A DNA stretch of 64,000 nt from an uncultured Desulfobacter sp. (GTDB lineage Bacteria; Desulfobacterota; Desulfobacteria; Desulfobacterales; Desulfobacteraceae): NCBI GenBank assembly GCA_963665095.1, contig OY762069.1, positions 1,600,001 to 1,664,000 on the forward strand, given 5' to 3'. How positions within the stretch are numbered: the stretch's first letter is position 1; the number at the start of each line of letters is the position of its first letter. The notes beneath the pieces were generated by a model, which did not search any database, was not told the origin of the DNA, and saw nothing but the letters and a program-made list of their open reading frames with translations. The translations under genes and the position numbers were made by a program. Below are positions 60,896 through 64,000 of this stretch, piece by piece.

Positions 60896-61454
60896 CAGCA
60901 TCTCCATTGGGTTAATCCTGGTATTGATACTTTCCTTTGCACAACTCTCGATATCGGCCGAGGATAATAAAACGGCTGAAAAAAAAGAGGCGCCGTCGGA
61001 TCTTAACATCACTTCCGATAAAATGGTGGCGCAAAAGGACCAGTCCATGGTGGAGTTTACAGGTGATGTAAAGGCCGTAAGGGCGGGCTCAGTGCTTTTA
61101 GCTGATTGCGTTAAGGTGTTTTTCCACACCTCTGAAACAAAAAAACAGGGACAGTCCAATATTAAAAGGATACTGGCACAGGGCCATGTGGAATATACCG
61201 AAGGGGAGAACAGGGCATTTTCCGATCAGGCTGATTATGATACAGCAAAAGAAGTTTTGATACTCACTGGAAACGAAGCAAAACTGCTGACAGGGAAAAG
61301 TTGGATCACAGGAAAAAAAATTACACTGTACAGAGCCAACGAGCGGGTCGTAGTGGAAAGTGCCGAAGACTCCCGGGTAAACGCTTTTTTTGATACCCAG
61401 GACCAGGACAAGGGTCAGCCCCAGCCTGCGGTAACGCCTGAAAATTTGAAATGA
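60867..61454 (+). CDS. lptA: LPS transport periplasmic protein LptA
   Basis: Signal peptide, ITSDKM, FTGDVKA, LILTGN; synteny. Confidence 0.87.
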   Translation: MKAVSRLIYSSISIGLILVLILSFAQLSISAEDNKTAEKKEAPSDLNITSDKMVAQKDQSMVEFTGDVKAVRAGSVLLADCVKVFFHTSETKKQGQSNIKRILAQGHVEYTEGENRAFSDQADYDTAKEVLILTGNEAKLLTGKSWITGKKITLYRANERVVVESAEDSRVNAFFDTQDQDKGQPQPAVTPENLK

Positions 61455-62185
61455 TTACTAAAATGACCCATCTGGCTCTGGAAAACCTGGTTAAAATTTA
61501 TAGCGGTAAGACCGTGGTGAACAAAGTGAGTTTGAATGTAGAGCAGGGCCAGGTAACCGGACTGCTCGGCCCAAACGGCGCAGGTAAAACCACCACATTT
61601 TACATGACCGTGGGTATGATCAGGCCAAACAGCGGAACAGTTCTGCTTGACGGAGAGGATATAACCAAATACCCCATGTATGTCAGGGCAAGAAAAGGTA
61701 TCGGCTACCTGCCCCAAGAGTCTTCTGTATTCAAGAAGCTCACGGTTAAAGAGAACATTACAGCTGTTCTGGAGGTTGTAAAAAGAAACGGGGCCGATAT
61801 CAACCGCAAGGCTGAAAGTCTTATGGAAGAACTTGGGATTGTTCGTCTTGCCGGGCAGAAAGCTGCCTCTTTGTCCGGCGGGGAACGGCGGAGACTGGAA
61901 ATTTCAAGAGTCCTTGCCACAGACCCCATGTTTATCCTGCTGGACGAGCCGTTTGCAGGGATTGATCCGCTGGCGGTGATTGATATTCAGCATATCATAT
62001 CCCAGTTAACCGACAAGGGAATCGGCGTCCTGATTTCCGATCACAATGTCCGGGAAACCTTAGGGGTATGTAACAATGCATATATAATGAGTCAGGGGGT
62101 AGTCATGGAATCAGGACCGCCGGAAAAAATCATAGAAAGCAAATTAGCCAAAAAGATCTACTTGGGAGATAATTTCAAACTCTAA
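61451..62185 (+). CDS. lptB: LPS export ABC ATPase
   Basis: GPNGAGKTTTFYM, LSGGERRRLEI, LDEPFAGIDP, DHNVRETL. Confidence 0.97.
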   Translation: MITKMTHLALENLVKIYSGKTVVNKVSLNVEQGQVTGLLGPNGAGKTTTFYMTVGMIRPNSGTVLLDGEDITKYPMYVRARKGIGYLPQESSVFKKLTVKENITAVLEVVKRNGADINRKAESLMEELGIVRLAGQKAASLSGGERRRLEISRVLATDPMFILLDEPFAGIDPLAVIDIQHIISQLTDKGIGVLISDHNVRETLGVCNNAYIMSQGVVMESGPPEKIIESKLAKKIYLGDNFKL

Positions 62186-62187
62186 TT

Positions 62188-63630
62188 ATGGAACTTGGAT
62201 TACAACAAAGCCTCTCACTGACCCAGCAGCTGGTGATGACCCCCCAGCTGCAGCAGGCAATCAAGCTGCTCCAGCTGTCCCGGCTTGAACTGGCCGAAAT
62301 GATTCAGCAGGAGATGGAGCAGAACCCGGCACTCGAAGAGTCTGTTTTGGATGAGGCTTCTGATAAAACAATCACGGCCAAGGAGACCGATACCCGGGAG
62401 ACCCAAACGGAATCCCCCATCAAGGAAGTCACCATTGAAGAACGGGTGCGCTCTGATACCGACTGGGAGAATTATATCAATGAATATAACTCTACCGGCA
62501 GAATCTACATGGAGTCTGAAAATACCGAAGCACCCAATTACGAAGCCTTTACGTCTGAAAAAAAGACTCTGGAAGACCATCTGAAATGGCAGCTGATGCT
62601 CTCAGATCTACCCGATGACGAAGAGGCTGTCGGGCATCTGATTATCGGCAATCTGAACCGGGACGGTTATTTGTGTACGGATATTGAGGAATTAGCCCAG
62701 ACCGCAGGATGCAGCACTGATACAGTGGAAAAGGTGCTGTCCATTCTGCAAACCTTTGATCCCCTGGGCGTATGTGCAAGAAATCTGTGTGAAACCCTTT
62801 TAATCCAGGTCAGGCAGCTGGGAATTGAAAACGAGATTATTACCCGAATCATCACGGACCATCTAAAAAACCTTGAAAACAGAAACAGCAAAAAAATTGC
62901 AAAAGCCTTAAAAATTTCTGTGGAGGATGTGCGGGCAGCTGTAAAAATCATTCAATACCTTGAGCCCAAACCCGGCCGGAAATTTGCGACTGAAGAACCC
63001 GCATATATTACCCCGGACATTTATGTATACAAAATCGGGGATGACTTTAAGATTGTAATGAATGACGATGGCCTGCCCAAATTAAGGATCTCCAGGTTCT
63101 ACAGGGACGCTGTGGCCAGTGGTAAAAAAATCCCCAGGGAGACCAAAGCCTATCTGAATGACAAGATGCAGTCAGCCTCCTGGCTGATCAAATCCATTCA
63201 CCAGCGCCAGAAAACGATCTATCTGGTGATGGAGAGCATCATTAAATTTCAAAGGGGATTTTTTGAAAAGGGTATTGCCTATCTGAGGCCACTGATTCTC
63301 AAAGATATTGCCGAAGATATTGAAATGCATGAATCCACTATCAGCCGGGTTACCACCAATAAATATGCCTACACCCCCCAGGGCCTGTTTGAACTGAAGT
63401 ATTTCTTCAACTCATCCATTGAACGGGTGGACGGTCCATCCATGGCATCTGCCAGTGTAAAGGAGAGGATTCGGCAGCTCATTGACAATGAGGACCCCAA
63501 TGCACCCTTAAGCGATGACAGAATTGCCGCTATTCTCCAGGAGTCCGATATCCAGATTGCCCGACGAACTGTGGCAAAATACAGAAAGGTCCTGAATATT
63601 CTACCGTCAAACAAACGCAAACAATTATAG
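62188..63630 (+). CDS. rpoN: RNA polymerase sigma54
   Basis: TPQLQQAIKLLQLS, HESTISR, RpoN box ARRTVAKYR. Confidence 0.98.
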   Translation: MELGLQQSLSLTQQLVMTPQLQQAIKLLQLSRLELAEMIQQEMEQNPALEESVLDEASDKTITAKETDTRETQTESPIKEVTIEERVRSDTDWENYINEYNSTGRIYMESENTEAPNYEAFTSEKKTLEDHLKWQLMLSDLPDDEEAVGHLIIGNLNRDGYLCTDIEELAQTAGCSTDTVEKVLSILQTFDPLGVCARNLCETLLIQVRQLGIENEIITRIITDHLKNLENRNSKKIAKALKISVEDVRAAVKIIQYLEPKPGRKFATEEPAYITPDIYVYKIGDDFKIVMNDDGLPKLRISRFYRDAVASGKKIPRETKAYLNDKMQSASWLIKSIHQRQKTIYLVMESIIKFQRGFFEKGIAYLRPLILKDIAEDIEMHESTISRVTTNKYAYTPQGLFELKYFFNSSIERVDGPSMASASVKERIRQLIDNEDPNAPLSDDRIAAILQESDIQIARRTVAKYRKVLNILPSNKRKQL

Positions 63631-63641
63631 GGAGGTTATCC

Positions 63642-64000
63642 ATGCAGGTGACGATCACATTTAAAAAAATTGATGCGTCCGAGTCCCTGAAATCCTATGT
63701 AGATAAAAAACTGAAGCGGTTTGACAAAATGCTGGACACCCCGGCAGAGGCCAATGTGGTTTTAAGTGTGGAAAAAATCCGGCATATTGCCGAAATCACC
63801 CTAAAGTCTGCAGGGCTTAACCTTCATGCCAAAGAAGAGTCCGAAAGCATGTATGCGGCCATTGATACCCTGGTGGATAAAATCAAGGGCCAGATCACCA
63901 AGCACAAAGAAAAAATCAAAAAACATATGTCGGGAAACAAGACAAGTCTTTCCGACACAAAAGAGTTCAGCCGGGATGAACAGGCTCCGGCAACCGTACA
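63642..64000 (+). CDS. hpf: Ribosome hibernation promoting factor (partial, runs off window)
   Basis: MQVTITFKKIDASESLKSYVDKKL...SMYAAID; directly after rpoN; absent from the ORF track because there is no stop in the window. Confidence 0.92.
   Translation, partial: MQVTITFKKIDASESLKSYVDKKLKRFDKMLDTPAEANVVLSVEKIRHIAEITLKSAGLNLHAKEESESMYAAIDTLVDKIKGQITKHKEKIKKHMSGNKTSLSDTKEFSRDEQAPATV

Noticed and set aside
1..64000. CRISPR array or rRNA
   Set aside because: No regularly spaced direct repeats or rRNA-like sequence were seen by eye.

Overview
Chromosomal window from a sulfate-reducing deltaproteobacterium; the Desulfobacteraceae-like assignment is inferred from gene content and order. 0.3-25.4 kb: an ECF sigma/anti-sigma/Spy-like operon, a full-length IS481-like transposase gene that appears to have lost its DDE catalytic residues, a large flagellin, a binding-protein plus hybrid-kinase pair, two transporters, and the other distal flagellar genes (flgD-flgE-flgN-flgK-flgL, fliD). 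The exported flagellar proteins are oversized and extremely acidic. 25.4-28.0 kb: a mobile-element graveyard with two back-to-back group II intron fragments around an attC-like relic, and two IS21 istB halves fused at a perfect palindrome. It ends at tRNA-Cys and tRNA-Gly. 28.4-64 kb: mostly core genes (fsa/tal, folK, argHFDB, hslUV, xerC, degenerate UDG, coaBC), a type IVa pilus locus (fimT-pilW-pilV-pilX-dsbC-pilY1; pilA plus ABC genes; pilR), pyrCB, lepB, a DUF39 homocysteine enzyme, an M23 peptidase, and kdsA-kdsC-lptCAB-rpoN-hpf. Best novelty candidates: the apparently domesticated IS481-like gene with a sigma54-type promoter just upstream of flagellin; the acidic flagellar proteins sharing inserted modules; and the istB palindrome junction. 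All family calls come from reading motifs by eye; no database search was run.
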